The notes: a model not told the origin generated them from the sequence alone. A DNA stretch of 64,000 nt from Treponemataceae bacterium (GCA_963667725.2 CAXXHO010000005.1:480001-544000); one strand, 5' to 3'. Positions 43,958 through 54,290 are shown, counted from the first letter of the stretch. Made by a program: numbers and translations.

Positions 43958-44401
43958 CTACTTTCCTACAATCCCTAGGTTCTTTATTCCATTCTTCTCA
44001 AACTCCCCCCTATACTTTCCTTCCGCTTTCTCTTGTCTTTCTACTACTTCCTCTTCCGACATCTTTCGATATTCTTTCTCTCCTATCTCTTTTATCAAAT
44101 CTCTTTGTCCTAATCTATATAGAATCTCTTCCCAAAAAGATTCTTCTATAAACTCTTCAAACTCTTCTCTTAATGCTTCTTCTGCTTTCTCGGTCAATAT
44201 GTACTCATTTCTTTCTTGGTCGAACTCTATTCCTCTGTAAGCTTTATTTACTTTAGCAGCAAGAAGTACTTTTTGAATAAGGTCATTAATCTTCTTTTCT
44301 GTATCATCTTCCTCGTGATCCAGTACAAAAGAACCTGAATATACGAGCTTGAGTAATAGACTTATTTCTTCTTTAGTTACGGTAATGTTAATCTCACTCA
44401 T
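43958..44401 (-). CDS. Hypothetical acidic protein
   Basis: ORF with GGAG RBS filling the cassette. Confidence 0.7.
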   Translation of the reverse strand: MSEINITVTKEEISLLLKLVYSGSFVLDHEEDDTEKKINDLIQKVLLAAKVNKAYRGIEFDQERNEYILTEKAEEALREEFEEFIEESFWEEILYRLGQRDLIKEIGEKEYRKMSEEEVVERQEKAEGKYRGEFEKNGIKNLGIVGK

Positions 44402-44568
44402 TTAGTATCTCCAATATCTTACTATTATCTGAGCGCGCGTTAGCGCGTCCGCCTAACATTGGCTTAACCCTTAACGCCTGTTCCTGAGCGAAGCGAAGGA
44501 TTGGCGTGGTTTTTGCGTGATCTTCTCGCAAAAACCATGACAAAAGGCGTTATAGGGTTGAAGCGGGT

Positions 44569-45051
44569 GTTGGATGCTTCTTCCTCTCTTCTTTACTCTT
44601 CTCTATTATTTTCGCCATATCTTCTAATAATGTCATTTTTTATACTATTGTATTGATCTACTGATTCTTTATGATTTCGTAAGTAATCCCTAAATAGAAT
44701 ATGCTTTCGATACTCTATATTATCTGAAGTACAGACATATAAATGATGTTGTATAGTATCTAAAGCTCCTAATTTATTTATTCCGTCTCTTTTAAATGCT
44801 TCTCTCCCTGGTATACCCTGGTCTCCACAATAGACGTATCCAATATTCTCTAGTTCAGTTTTAATCTATGATAAATCATTCTTATTATTTATCTCTATAT
44901 CTATATCAACAATTGGTTTAGCAAACATTCCTTTTATTGATGTACTACCGACATGCTCAATTCTGACATATGACTTTAAGTTCTTTTCTAATACGTCTTT
45001 TATTATTTCAAATTGTTTTGGCCATTGAACATTATATTCTTCAATGAGCAT
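44569..45051 (-). pseudogene. GrpB family pseudogene
   Basis: Copy of the 27287 cassette with an in-frame TAG at 44866 and a ~59-bp deletion between TCTCTATTAT repeats. Confidence 0.85.
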
Positions 45052-45247
45052 CTATCACCTTCTCTATGATTTTGGCGCCGAAGGCGTCCATCCAACATTG
45101 GCTTAAGCTGGGAGCTTCGACCGCGAAGCGGTTGGCGCGCTTTTTGCGTAAAGGAGCGTAGCGACTCGCAAAAAGCGTGACAAAGAAGCGACTCAGCTTG
45201 AAGCTTTTGTTAGGTGTTTATATTTTATTCTTTTATCTCAACACTGC

Positions 45248-45823
45248 CTATAAAGTCGAAAAATCAAGATTATTGCTCTTTAAAAAATCATCCCATTCTC
45301 TCATACAATCTACTGCTAATTCCAAAGCATTATATTTTTTTTCTCCAATAGTAATGATAATTGAATAAGTTGAAATTGCTTTATTTTTTCTAATTGATCT
45401 TGTGCTAGAAAATATCTCTATAGTATCTCCATCTTCTACATTTCTTTCAGCTGTTATAAAAGCTTTAGCATCATGCTTGTAAGGCACATCAAGACGTATC
45501 GCAAGATTTATCTTTGCTAATTCTAAATTTTCATCAGCTTTTTTGCTTAATCCTGCATGCTTTAAAGAGTTACAAATAATTTTAGCAATTCTTAATCCTG
45601 CACAACTATCAACATATTTTTCTACCTTTTTTGGATCACCAATCCTTTTATCCTTTTTTAGCCAATCTTTTAAATGATAACAATTGATAAAAAAATTACG
45701 GGCTGCCTCTTTCGGTCTTTGATATCCAAGGATTGCAGTATCACCTACATCATTTGCCAGGCTCATTAGCTCGTTATATGAATATTTTGTCGCAATGTAT
45801 TGATCCTCAGGATGATATTCCAT
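45248..45823 (-). CDS. Hypothetical protein
   Basis: FFINCYHLKDWL...ICNSLKH; sole ORF of cassette. Confidence 0.7.
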   Translation of the reverse strand: MEYHPEDQYIATKYSYNELMSLANDVGDTAILGYQRPKEAARNFFINCYHLKDWLKKDKRIGDPKKVEKYVDSCAGLRIAKIICNSLKHAGLSKKADENLELAKINLAIRLDVPYKHDAKAFITAERNVEDGDTIEIFSSTRSIRKNKAISTYSIIITIGEKKYNALELAVDCMREWDDFLKSNNLDFSTL

Positions 45824-46069
45824 AGTTTTGCTCTCTATTATGTTACTATTAAGTAAAATACATTAATTTCTAATAGATTTATACTTTGCGCCGCTTCAGC
45901 GGCGTCCACCTAACATTGGCTTAACCTTTAACGCTCGTTCCCGAGCGTAGCGAGGGATTGGCGCGCTTCTTGCGTAAAGGAGCGAAGCGACTCGCAAGAA
46001 GCGTGACAAAGAGCGTTATAAGGTTGAAGCGGTTGTTGGACGGCTATTAATATTTATTAGTTTCCGCTT

Positions 46070-46615
46070 TTATGATTCTCTATTAGAATCCCATTCCTTT
46101 TTTAAAATCGCAAATTGCATTGTATTTTCATACTTTGGTGTACCATCCTCATTATTTATAAACGATATAAATTCCTTAAAACACTCCTCATTTCTCATTC
46201 CTAGTCTCTTACATAGTTTTTGTGATCTTATGTTATCATCTTCAACATACGCATATATCCGTCTTGCTTTTTTGACTTCAAATAGGTAGATAAATAAAGC
46301 TTCTGCACTTTCAAAAGCATAGCCTTTACCTTGATAATCTACATTAATATTCCATCCAATATCATAAGTATCAGGTTCTTCTTTCTCAAAGAACAAATCA
46401 CCAATTACTTCATCAGTATCTCTTAAACAAATGGCAATTGAATTTTTCAGTTTACATCTTTTTTTAACTTCGATTCTTGCTTCTTCAAAGGTATTTACCT
46501 TTTCTGATACAAAGCAATTTACTCTTGGTTTTGATAGATATGCGAATAGGCTTGAAGCATCTTTTTCTAAAAAACTTCGTAGAATTAACCTATCTGTTTC
46601 TATTGGATTCATCAA
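46070..46615 (-). CDS. GNAT N-acetyltransferase (RimJ/RimL-like)
   Basis: ETDRLILR, YQGKGYAFE, NIRSQKL. Confidence 0.9.
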   Translation of the reverse strand: MMNPIETDRLILRSFLEKDASSLFAYLSKPRVNCFVSEKVNTFEEARIEVKKRCKLKNSIAICLRDTDEVIGDLFFEKEEPDTYDIGWNINVDYQGKGYAFESAEALFIYLFEVKKARRIYAYVEDDNIRSQKLCKRLGMRNEECFKEFISFINNEDGTPKYENTMQFAILKKEWDSNRES

Positions 46616-46810
46616 TCAAAGCTCCCTAGACATTGTAATAGCATTATACTGAGCTAAATTCTACCCTATATTTCCATATGTCCGCCCAACATTTGCTTAA
46701 CCTGTATTTTCGCGCCCGAAGGGCTTGGCGCATTTTGTGCGTCAGGAGCGTAGCGACAGCACAAAATGTGACAAAGAAAATATCAGGTTGAAGCAGTTGT
46801 TAGGCCTCTT

Positions 46811-47614
46811 TTATTTGTATGTAATTATCACTGATTGAGCCGTGGCCAATAGTTTTTCTTCTTCCTTGGATATTTCTATACCTTTAACACTTCTACTTAT
46901 TGGTTCAGTAATTGGTTTTGGCCTTTTTAAAATTGCGGTTGTTAACCCATATCTAATATCCATTGAATACTCATCAGTGCTCATGTGTAATTTTCCTTCA
47001 ATGTTCACGCCATAAGCTCCACCAACTCCGGAACCATCAAATTTTTTATACTTTTTTCGTATAATCTGTTTTTGAATAAACCCAATAATTACATATAAAT
47101 AACATATTTCAGTATCGTCGAATAACTCTTTATTATTATCTTTCCATGATGCTAATCCTTTACCCCATGATTCATTATTAACATCAATTAAACCAGCTGT
47201 TTGATCAATAACGTTAATACTAAAAACACTTTCTGAATCAAGTTCGACTTTTAGATAGTTAAAAAGACCAATGCTAGCAGAAAGACTATTATTTATTACT
47301 ATTGCTTGCCGCAATATCGGGCTTTTTAATTTTGATTCTTCATCAACAACTACACCAGGAATTGGTAAAGGAGAAAAATCAATATTATTAGTATTAATTG
47401 ATGTTGGTATTTTCCCATCAATTTTTCTTATTTCGACTACTCTACCCAATAAAGAATACGGATTGCCAATAAATGATTCAAATTTTAGATATGGAATATT
47501 CTCCTCAATATTTAAAAGCTCTTGAATCTTTCCAGGATCAACCATTTTCTCTTTTTGTGCAATTTCTGTGTTTACCACTGCATTAATTGTGTTGACATCA
47601 TGCTTCTTGCTCAT
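46811..47614 (-). CDS. Hypothetical beta-rich protein
   Basis: ATG after GGAGG; fills the cassette. Confidence 0.7.
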   Translation of the reverse strand: MSKKHDVNTINAVVNTEIAQKEKMVDPGKIQELLNIEENIPYLKFESFIGNPYSLLGRVVEIRKIDGKIPTSINTNNIDFSPLPIPGVVVDEESKLKSPILRQAIVINNSLSASIGLFNYLKVELDSESVFSINVIDQTAGLIDVNNESWGKGLASWKDNNKELFDDTEICYLYVIIGFIQKQIIRKKYKKFDGSGVGGAYGVNIEGKLHMSTDEYSMDIRYGLTTAILKRPKPITEPISRSVKGIEISKEEEKLLATAQSVIITYK

Positions 47615-47889
47615 AATACCCTCCATAGAAAAAATATTTCTTCTACTAGACTTATGATGATCAAAAATGCTAGTAGCCAAAAAGCTTGTTTTTCCACTCT
47701 CGAAAGTCTTAGAACAAAATGTTTTTCCCTCCGCCGGAGGCGTGGGCCTAACATTGGCTTAACCTTTAAAGCCTGGCCCGAGCGGCGTTGCGTAGCAACG
47801 ATGCGAGGGATTGGCGTGGTTTTTGCGTAAAGGAGCGTAAGCGACTCACAAAAACCATGACAAAAGGCTTTATAAGGTTGAAGCGTTTG

Positions 47890-48315
47890 TTAGAGCTTTT
47901 CTTTATATAGATTTAAGAATTCTATAGGCGAATATACTTTTATTGATGAATTCTTATAATCACTTAAATTTCTTGTAACTATACAATCACATTGGTTTCT
48001 GCTTGCAGAATATTGCTGAAGAGCGTCTTCAAAATCTGGAATTTTTGATTTTAATCCATTTACTATATCAGAATGATCTATTGATATGATTGTTATGTAT
48101 TGGATTAGTTTTGTTATAAATAGACGAGCGTTTTCGTCTCCCCCTGATTTTCTTAAAATGTAATAAAGATTAGCTACACCATTGGAAGACATATACCCAA
48201 TTGCTATGTTATTTTCAAGTATCGCTAATACAATTCTACTCGCTTCAAGAAAAGGTTCTCTCGCTAACGCAACATCTAAGATTACATCTGTATCTATGAA
48301 AACTCGTTTAATCAT
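47890..48315 (-). CDS. PIN-domain toxin
   Basis: FIDTDVILD, DFEDALQ, IVTRNLSDY. Confidence 0.88.
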   Translation of the reverse strand: MIKRVFIDTDVILDVALAREPFLEASRIVLAILENNIAIGYMSSNGVANLYYILRKSGGDENARLFITKLIQYITIISIDHSDIVNGLKSKIPDFEDALQQYSASRNQCDCIVTRNLSDYKNSSIKVYSPIEFLNLYKEKL

Positions 48316-48566
48316 AAAAATCGCTCCGTTCTAGTTTCGTTGAGCAAATCTTTATAATCTTTTCCTGTGTCTTTAAACATACCAATAAGACTGTCGGTTA
48401 TTGGAGCATAAAGAATGTTCGTAAATTCTTTAGGAGTATTACTAGAGGATATATTATTCAAATACTCTTCAACTATTCGAGAAACACTTTTGTTTTTCTC
48501 TTGAGCAAAGTTCTTTGCCTTTTTTATAATCGCCTTATCAATTGTTAATGTCAATTTTGTTGCCAT
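48312..48566 (-). CDS. RHH antitoxin (DUF6364-like)
   Basis: TKLTLTIDK.II.KAK.FA.....SVSRIVE.YL. Confidence 0.8.
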   Translation of the reverse strand: MATKLTLTIDKAIIKKAKNFAQEKNKSVSRIVEEYLNNISSSNTPKEFTNILYAPITDSLIGMFKDTGKDYKDLLNETRTERFL

Positions 48567-48584
48567 ATTTCACCTCACACGTAT

Positions 48585-48613
48585 AGTATCGTTATTATAT
48601 ACGTATTTGTCAA
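48585..48613 (-). promoter_or_regulatory. sigma70 promoter of TA cassette
   Basis: TTGACA-17-GATACT. Confidence 0.65.
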
Positions 48614-48911
48614 TAGCAAATGCGAACAAATTATATTTCTATTACCTGTAATGTATTATCTTATTTTGAATAGCTCTAACATTGGCTTAACCCTTAACGC
48701 CTGTTCCTGAGCGAAGCGAAGGATTGGCGTGGTTTTTGCGTCATCTTCTAGCAAAAACCATGACAAAAGGCGTTATAGGGTTGAAGCTTTTGTTGGACGT
48801 CTCTACTTATTATCTTTACTTATCTTTTCTTCCAATGTCCTATAGATCTCTTCATTCTTCTCTTTACCTAATCCTAATACTATCTTTTCATTTTTTCCAA
48901 TGATTAATATA

Positions 48912-49625
48912 GGGGCTGCAGTAGATAAAGTCCTATGATAGACTCTAAAAGTGGCAATAAGTCATTGCAGGTTAAAGAAAAGTACTCAGACTCGATTATT
49001 GGAATATTTTGTGCTCGAGGTGACCGCTAGATCTGCGGCAAATTTACTTGGGATTCAACCAAATTCTGCTATCTTGTTTTACCGGAAAGTAAGGCAGGTA
49101 ATAGCCATTTATCTCGCCCGGGAAGCAGCAGAAATATTCAATGGTGACATCGAAATAGACGAAAGCTATTTCGGTGGTGTACGTAAAGGGAAACGTGGTC
49201 GGGGCGCTACAGGGAAAGTTGTCGTCTTTGGCATGCTAAAGCGTCATGGCAAGGTTTATACAGTAGTAGTCGAGAATACCAAGGCTGCGACCTTAATGCC
49301 TGTCATAGCCAATAAAATCAAGCCTGACAGTGTTGTCTACACGGATACTTATCGCAGTTATGATGCGTTGGACGTAACTGAATTTCATCACCATCGTATT
49401 AATCATTCAGAACTTTTCGCTGACAAGAAAAATCATATCAATGGAATTGAGAACTTCTGGAATCAAGCGAAGAGAGTACTGAGAAAATATAACGGGATTG
49501 ACAAGAAAAACTTTCCTTTGTTTCTTAAAGAGTGTGAGTTCCGATTCAACTATGGGACACCTGTGAATCAGTTGAAGATTCTACGAAAATGGTGTGGAAT
49601 CTAGAAGTTTATCTACGTCAGCCCC
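48912..49625 (+). mobile_element. IS1595 family, IS1016 group insertion sequence (714 bp)
   Basis: TIRs GGGGCTGCAGTAGATAAA / TTTATCTACGTCAGCCCC; 8-bp TSD TTAATATA at 48904-48911 and 49626-49633. Confidence 0.93.
48951..49604 (+). CDS. tnp: IS1595/IS1016 DDE transposase
   Basis: EIDESYFGG, VYTD, HINGIENFW, FLKECEFRFN. Confidence 0.95.
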   Translation: MAISHCRLKKSTQTRLLEYFVLEVTARSAANLLGIQPNSAILFYRKVRQVIAIYLAREAAEIFNGDIEIDESYFGGVRKGKRGRGATGKVVVFGMLKRHGKVYTVVVENTKAATLMPVIANKIKPDSVVYTDTYRSYDALDVTEFHHHRINHSELFADKKNHINGIENFWNQAKRVLRKYNGIDKKNFPLFLKECEFRFNYGTPVNQLKILRKWCGI

Positions 49626-50163
49626 TTAATATATATGGCTTTTCTTTCTTTATCTCAAATAATCGTACTTTACCCAATTCCTTATAAGAAAAAATTCCAA
49701 TATTCATGAACCCTAGGTTAATACCATTTGTCTTCATTCCCCAAAATGGTATCGAATCAAGTTCTCTTACTTCTTCTATATCTTCATATGATATTTCAAC
49801 TCCATACAAGCCATTTACTTTAAGTGAACTCTCTAATACTTCTACCGATATAGTCTTAATAAAAAAGACTGATACACCTATGATTACTATTGTAATGAGG
49901 ATAGCAAGTAATGTTGTCTGTTTATTCGATGTTTTCATAGAATTTGCCTATAAGAAATATCGCAAATTGCATACTCATATGAATCATATGAACTATAACT
50001 TTTCACTGTGAATCATCTCTTTTGCGCGCGCGTAAGCGCGTCCGTCCAACATTTTCGCTTAACCTTTAAATCCGTCCTGAGCGTAGCGAAGGATTGGCGC
50101 GCATTTTGCATTGTTGTTCTTGCAAAATGCGTGACAACAGGATTTATAAGGTTGAAGCGAGTG

Positions 50164-50859
50164 TTAGGCAGTTCTAATTAATTCTCGTAATACATTTACT
50201 TCATTACCTTTATACACTTTCCCATGACTCAATAACCCATACTCAATTTCATATGATAAAAGCTTTTCTGCATCTTTATATACTTGTTTTGAATCTACAT
50301 TAAACTTTTCTGGTTTTCCTATTGATAATCCTTCCTTTTTGCTTTCCCTTATTACATCTCCAAAGAACATATACTTTTTATCCTTCTCATATAGAGCAAT
50401 GCTTCCAGGCGTATGCCCTGGTACATTAATTACTTGCAGGTTATCAACTACACTATCACTCTCAAGTTGAATATCTACTCTAGGAACAACACAATTAAGA
50501 TATTTCATTGTTTTTTGTTCTTCAATCATCATTCCTTTGTAGGGTCCATCAATTATTGCTTTTTGGAGAATATAAGGAACATCATTTTTATGAGCAATGA
50601 CTTTAGCATTTGAGTTATCAAGTAATTCTTTTACTCCACCTATATGATCACAATGACAATGAGTCAGTATTATTGACTTAAGATTCTGCAATTTATAGTT
50701 ATTTTTATTTAGCTCTTGAATAAGGTATTTGGTCTTCATAAATATGCCCGAATCTATTAAGGTATATTCCTTATTTGAACCAATACAGAATATATTTGCA
50801 GTTCCGATGTTTTCGATAACAGACAAATCATCAGTAATACGAACCATCAAATACTCCAA
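50164..50859 (-). CDS. MBL-fold metallo-hydrolase
   Basis: THCHCDHIGG, PGHTPGS, FGD. Confidence 0.9.
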   Translation of the reverse strand: MEYLMVRITDDLSVIENIGTANIFCIGSNKEYTLIDSGIFMKTKYLIQELNKNNYKLQNLKSIILTHCHCDHIGGVKELLDNSNAKVIAHKNDVPYILQKAIIDGPYKGMMIEEQKTMKYLNCVVPRVDIQLESDSVVDNLQVINVPGHTPGSIALYEKDKKYMFFGDVIRESKKEGLSIGKPEKFNVDSKQVYKDAEKLLSYEIEYGLLSHGKVYKGNEVNVLRELIRTA

Positions 50860-51082
50860 TCAGGTATAGTTTCAATTCTCAAGTTAACCTGCCTAACATT
50901 GGCTTAACCTTTAAATCCGTGCCTGAGCTACTGCGAAGGCTTGGCGTGGTTTGTGCTCTTCTGTCTTGCACAAACCATGACAAAGGATTTATAAGGTTGA
51001 AGCATGTGTTAGATGAATATTTTTCGATTAATTAATCTACCTTATTAGTATTATTCATAATATTCAAATTATAATATACATT

Positions 51083-51409
51083 CTACATTAATCTTTCTAT
51101 TATATTGTCAATCTTTTTAATATCGTATATTGCTGATGCTTCTCTTTCGGTTTTCAATTTTTCTTTTAACTTGTACAATTCAGGTTTTAATGAATATATG
51201 TAAAATTCATCAATTAGGAATAAAGCATCGTATCGTCTATTCTCATCCCATAACCATTTTATAATTACATTATCAACATTTCTTCTATCAAATTCAGACA
51301 TCTTTCTATATACTTCCACTATCTTATATATTGCACTTTGTGAATCTTTCCTTTGTAATGCTTCTTCATTAATAATACTACAAATTTCTTCGAAATCTTT
51401 GTTTATCAT
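51083..51409 (-). CDS. Hypothetical protein
   Basis: 108-aa ORF with GGAG RBS. Confidence 0.65.
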   Translation of the reverse strand: MINKDFEEICSIINEEALQRKDSQSAIYKIVEVYRKMSEFDRRNVDNVIIKWLWDENRRYDALFLIDEFYIYSLKPELYKLKEKLKTEREASAIYDIKKIDNIIERLM

Positions 51410-51688
51410 TTAAAGCTCCATACTATATACATTCAAATTATTATATCAATCATGTATTCATTTAATTATTCATATAAACAATTTTAGCACTAAGCATGTT
51501 TTTCATATTTTATTATCGCTTCTCTAGCCATTTATAGCTACACTTTTTGCGCCGAAGGCGTCCATCTAACATTGGCTTAACCTTTAAATCCGCGCCTGAG
51601 CTACTGCGAAGGCTTGGCGTGGTTTGTGCATGGGGTTTCTGCACAAACCATGACAAAGGATTTATAAGGTTGAAGCAGGTGTTAGGCG

Positions 51689-52240
51689 CTATTTTCTTAA
51701 TTTAAATTCAAAGCCAAATTTTACTTCTAATGCTAAAATTTCCTTTTTAACCTCTTTTGCTTTTTCTTTTATATCCAAATCAATTGGTATTTTATCAATT
51801 TTACTAATTAATATTTCTAATTCATTTAATGGCATATCATTAGCAACAAGGCAGTATAATCCTTTCGATTTTCCATCATTATACTTTTCTAATAATATCT
51901 TTAAATACTTTTGTCTTTTACCTAAATCGGTTTCATATTTTTTAATATCATTTTTTGCTTCTATAAAATTCTGTTTTACACTTCTATATGATATAAATGA
52001 ATCACATTTGCTTTCTTCTTGATATTTTTTACATGGGTATTCACTGCATTGAAAACAATATTCCACATTATCATGTTTTCTATTGCATGTTTCTACTGCA
52101 CAAGTTGGATGCTGAGTTGAAAAGTTTTCTCCGCCACAGCCTGGACATTTCGAACTTCCATCAGTATTAAATCTTGGGCACAAACTGCAATTTAATCCAC
52201 AAAGAGAAAACAAAGGATTTTTTCGTATAAAAGGTATCAT
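51689..52240 (-). CDS. DUF3795-type Cys-rich protein, copy 1
   Basis: SLCGLNCSLC..CPGC..YCFQCSEYPC; duplicated at 62293. Confidence 0.8.
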   Translation of the reverse strand: MIPFIRKNPLFSLCGLNCSLCPRFNTDGSSKCPGCGGENFSTQHPTCAVETCNRKHDNVEYCFQCSEYPCKKYQEESKCDSFISYRSVKQNFIEAKNDIKKYETDLGKRQKYLKILLEKYNDGKSKGLYCLVANDMPLNELEILISKIDKIPIDLDIKEKAKEVKKEILALEVKFGFEFKLRK

Positions 52241-52523
52241 CTCTACTCCAGACAAAGCATAATGCCTATTCAGTCTTTATTTATCTTTGCGCGCGAAGCG
52301 CGTCCGCCTAACATTGGCTTAACCTTTAAAGCCTGGCCTGAGCGAAGCGAAGGATTGGCGTGGTTTTTGCGTGATCTTCTCGCAAAAACCATGACAAAAG
52401 GCTTTATAAGGTTGAAGCATTTGTTAGACGTATTTCTTTTCTATAATAGTCTTTATTCTCTTTCTTTAACAATTCTTCTTCTTTATCTTGACTTTTACTT
52501 GATTATGTACATACTTTGTACAC

Positions 52524-52820
52524 ATGAAGGATATTTCCTTTGTCTGGGATCCAAGAAAAAATCTCATTAATCAGACAAAACATGATATTGATTTTGATGA
52601 AGCAAAAACTGTCTTCTTTGATGAATTTGCTCGTGTAATCTTTGATCCTTTACATTCTACTGAAGAAGATCGTTTTATCATCTTAGGTCTTAGTTCCAAA
52701 TTACGACTTTTAGTCGTTTGCCATTGTTATCGTGAATCGGATTCTATTATCCGATTGATTTCAGCCAGAAAAGCTAATAAGAAGGAGGAAGTCTCCTATG
52801 AAAAACACCGAAATGCTTGA
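52524..52820 (+). CDS. brnT: BrnT family toxin (inverted in cassette)
   Basis: FVWD..KN..N..KH.IDF.EA..VF.D...IRLISARKA. Confidence 0.9.
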   Translation: MKDISFVWDPRKNLINQTKHDIDFDEAKTVFFDEFARVIFDPLHSTEEDRFIILGLSSKLRLLVVCHCYRESDSIIRLISARKANKKEEVSYEKHRNA

Positions 52821-53022
52821 TAACTATGATTTTGATAAGTCTATCAAAAATCCCTATATTAATCGCTTGAAGAAATCTATTACTATCAGGCTTGATACTG
52901 ATACAATAAATTACTTCAAGACACTTTCGAAAGACTCGGGGATTCCTTATCAAACGCTGATAAACTATTTTCTTTCTCAATGTGCTAAAGATAAGAAAAA
53001 GCCTGAGGTTGTTTGGGGATAG
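52798..53022 (+). CDS. brnA: BrnA antitoxin (inverted in cassette)
   Basis: YDF....KNPY...ITIRLD......FK.....GIPYQTLIN. Confidence 0.88.
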   Translation: MKNTEMLDNYDFDKSIKNPYINRLKKSITIRLDTDTINYFKTLSKDSGIPYQTLINYFLSQCAKDKKKPEVVWG

Positions 53023-53197
53023 TAATGTTCTCTTATTTGGGCGCCGAAGGCGTCCGTCTAACATTCGTTTAACCTTTAAACCCGTCCCGAGCTACTGCGA
53101 GGGATTGGCGCGATTCTTGCCACACTCTAATTCGCACTAACATTCTACGGTGATATGCAAGAAGCGTGACAATAGGGTTTATAAGGTTGAAACGGTT

Positions 53198-53360
53198 GTT
53201 AGAATTTTCACCCCAAAGAGCACTTCTTTCTTCTCTTCTCTTTAACATCTCTATTTTCTTCTCTTCGTCGTTTTTTATATGCCTGTAAAATGCGAGAATA
53301 AGGGAAAGACGCACCGCTTCTCTTCCCTTTTCGAGCAGTATAACATTTAATAATTCTAAC
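53198..53360. other. Gene-less cassette family B, copy 6
   Basis: Family B sequence. Confidence 0.9.
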
Positions 53361-53451
53361 ATTGGCTTAACCTGCGAGCCGTCGTGCGCTACTGCGCTAC
53401 CAGGGCATTATCAATTTAACATTGCATCTATTTATGCTTTTCAAACGCGAG

Positions 53452-53892
53452 TCAGGTTGAAGCTTTTGTTAGGTTATTTCTTTTCTCCAAATATATTAGA
53501 TTTGGATTTCCACAGAATAAACACATATCTCTATGCATACACAAATATTTGCCACATCTATCACATTGCCATTTAGCTTTTTCGTTCTTGATAAACTCTC
53601 TAATTCCCAATGTCTTTATATCCTCAAAGTTCTTATATATGTTCACATTATATCTATTAAAATATCTCTTTTCTAAATCCTTTATTCTTCTACATGGATA
53701 TTTCTTACATTTACTACATAATAGCTCTTTATTACCCTTTTTCTCTTCACAGTTCCTTATTCTACATTCTATGCAATGGTATGCCTTATGATCATCTGAT
53801 CCATTACATCCATTACAATGATTCTTATCCCTTTGATACGCTAAACAGAGACTACAATTTATTCCACAAGGCGCAAAATCTTTAGTTTTCAT
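53452..53892 (-). CDS. DUF3795-type Cys-rich protein
   Basis: Paralogue of 6357. Confidence 0.8.
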   Translation of the reverse strand: MKTKDFAPCGINCSLCLAYQRDKNHCNGCNGSDDHKAYHCIECRIRNCEEKKGNKELLCSKCKKYPCRRIKDLEKRYFNRYNVNIYKNFEDIKTLGIREFIKNEKAKWQCDRCGKYLCMHRDMCLFCGNPNLIYLEKRNNLTKAST

Positions 53893-54086
53893 TATGCTAA
53901 AAGAAGCGATTTAGCCAGTTCATAATCCTTTTCGCTAACGAGTATTGTTGCAGCTATACTATATGATGCTGGTCTTTGGCCTCCGCTATCATCTGACTGA
54001 ATGATGTAGGGAATATTTTCTTTATCCAGGATGGTAGCGAAGAATTCCGCTTCAAACCTATTTTGGAATTGCTTAAGTTTGACCAT
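53892..54086 (-). CDS. DUF2007-like small protein
   Basis: Paralogue of 6797. Confidence 0.75.
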   Translation of the reverse strand: MVKLKQFQNRFEAEFFATILDKENIPYIIQSDDSGGQRPASYSIAATILVSEKDYELAKSLLLA

Positions 54087-54290
54087 ACTATCTCCTCTCT
54101 TATTGGCTCGAAGCGTCAATCTAACATTCTCAATTATTAGTTTAGCATGTATCTTTGCGCGCCGAAGGCGTCAACCTAACATTGGCTTAACCTTTAAAGC
54201 CTGGCCTGAGCGAAGCGAAGGATTGGCGTGGTTTTTGCGTAATCTTCAAGCAAAAACCATGACAAAAGGCTTTATAAGGTTGAAGCTATT

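Larger units (their letters stand above)
48803..49938 (-). pseudogene. PH-like membrane protein gene interrupted by IS
   Basis: Paralogue of 38846; removing the IS and one TSD copy restores colinearity. Confidence 0.88.
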
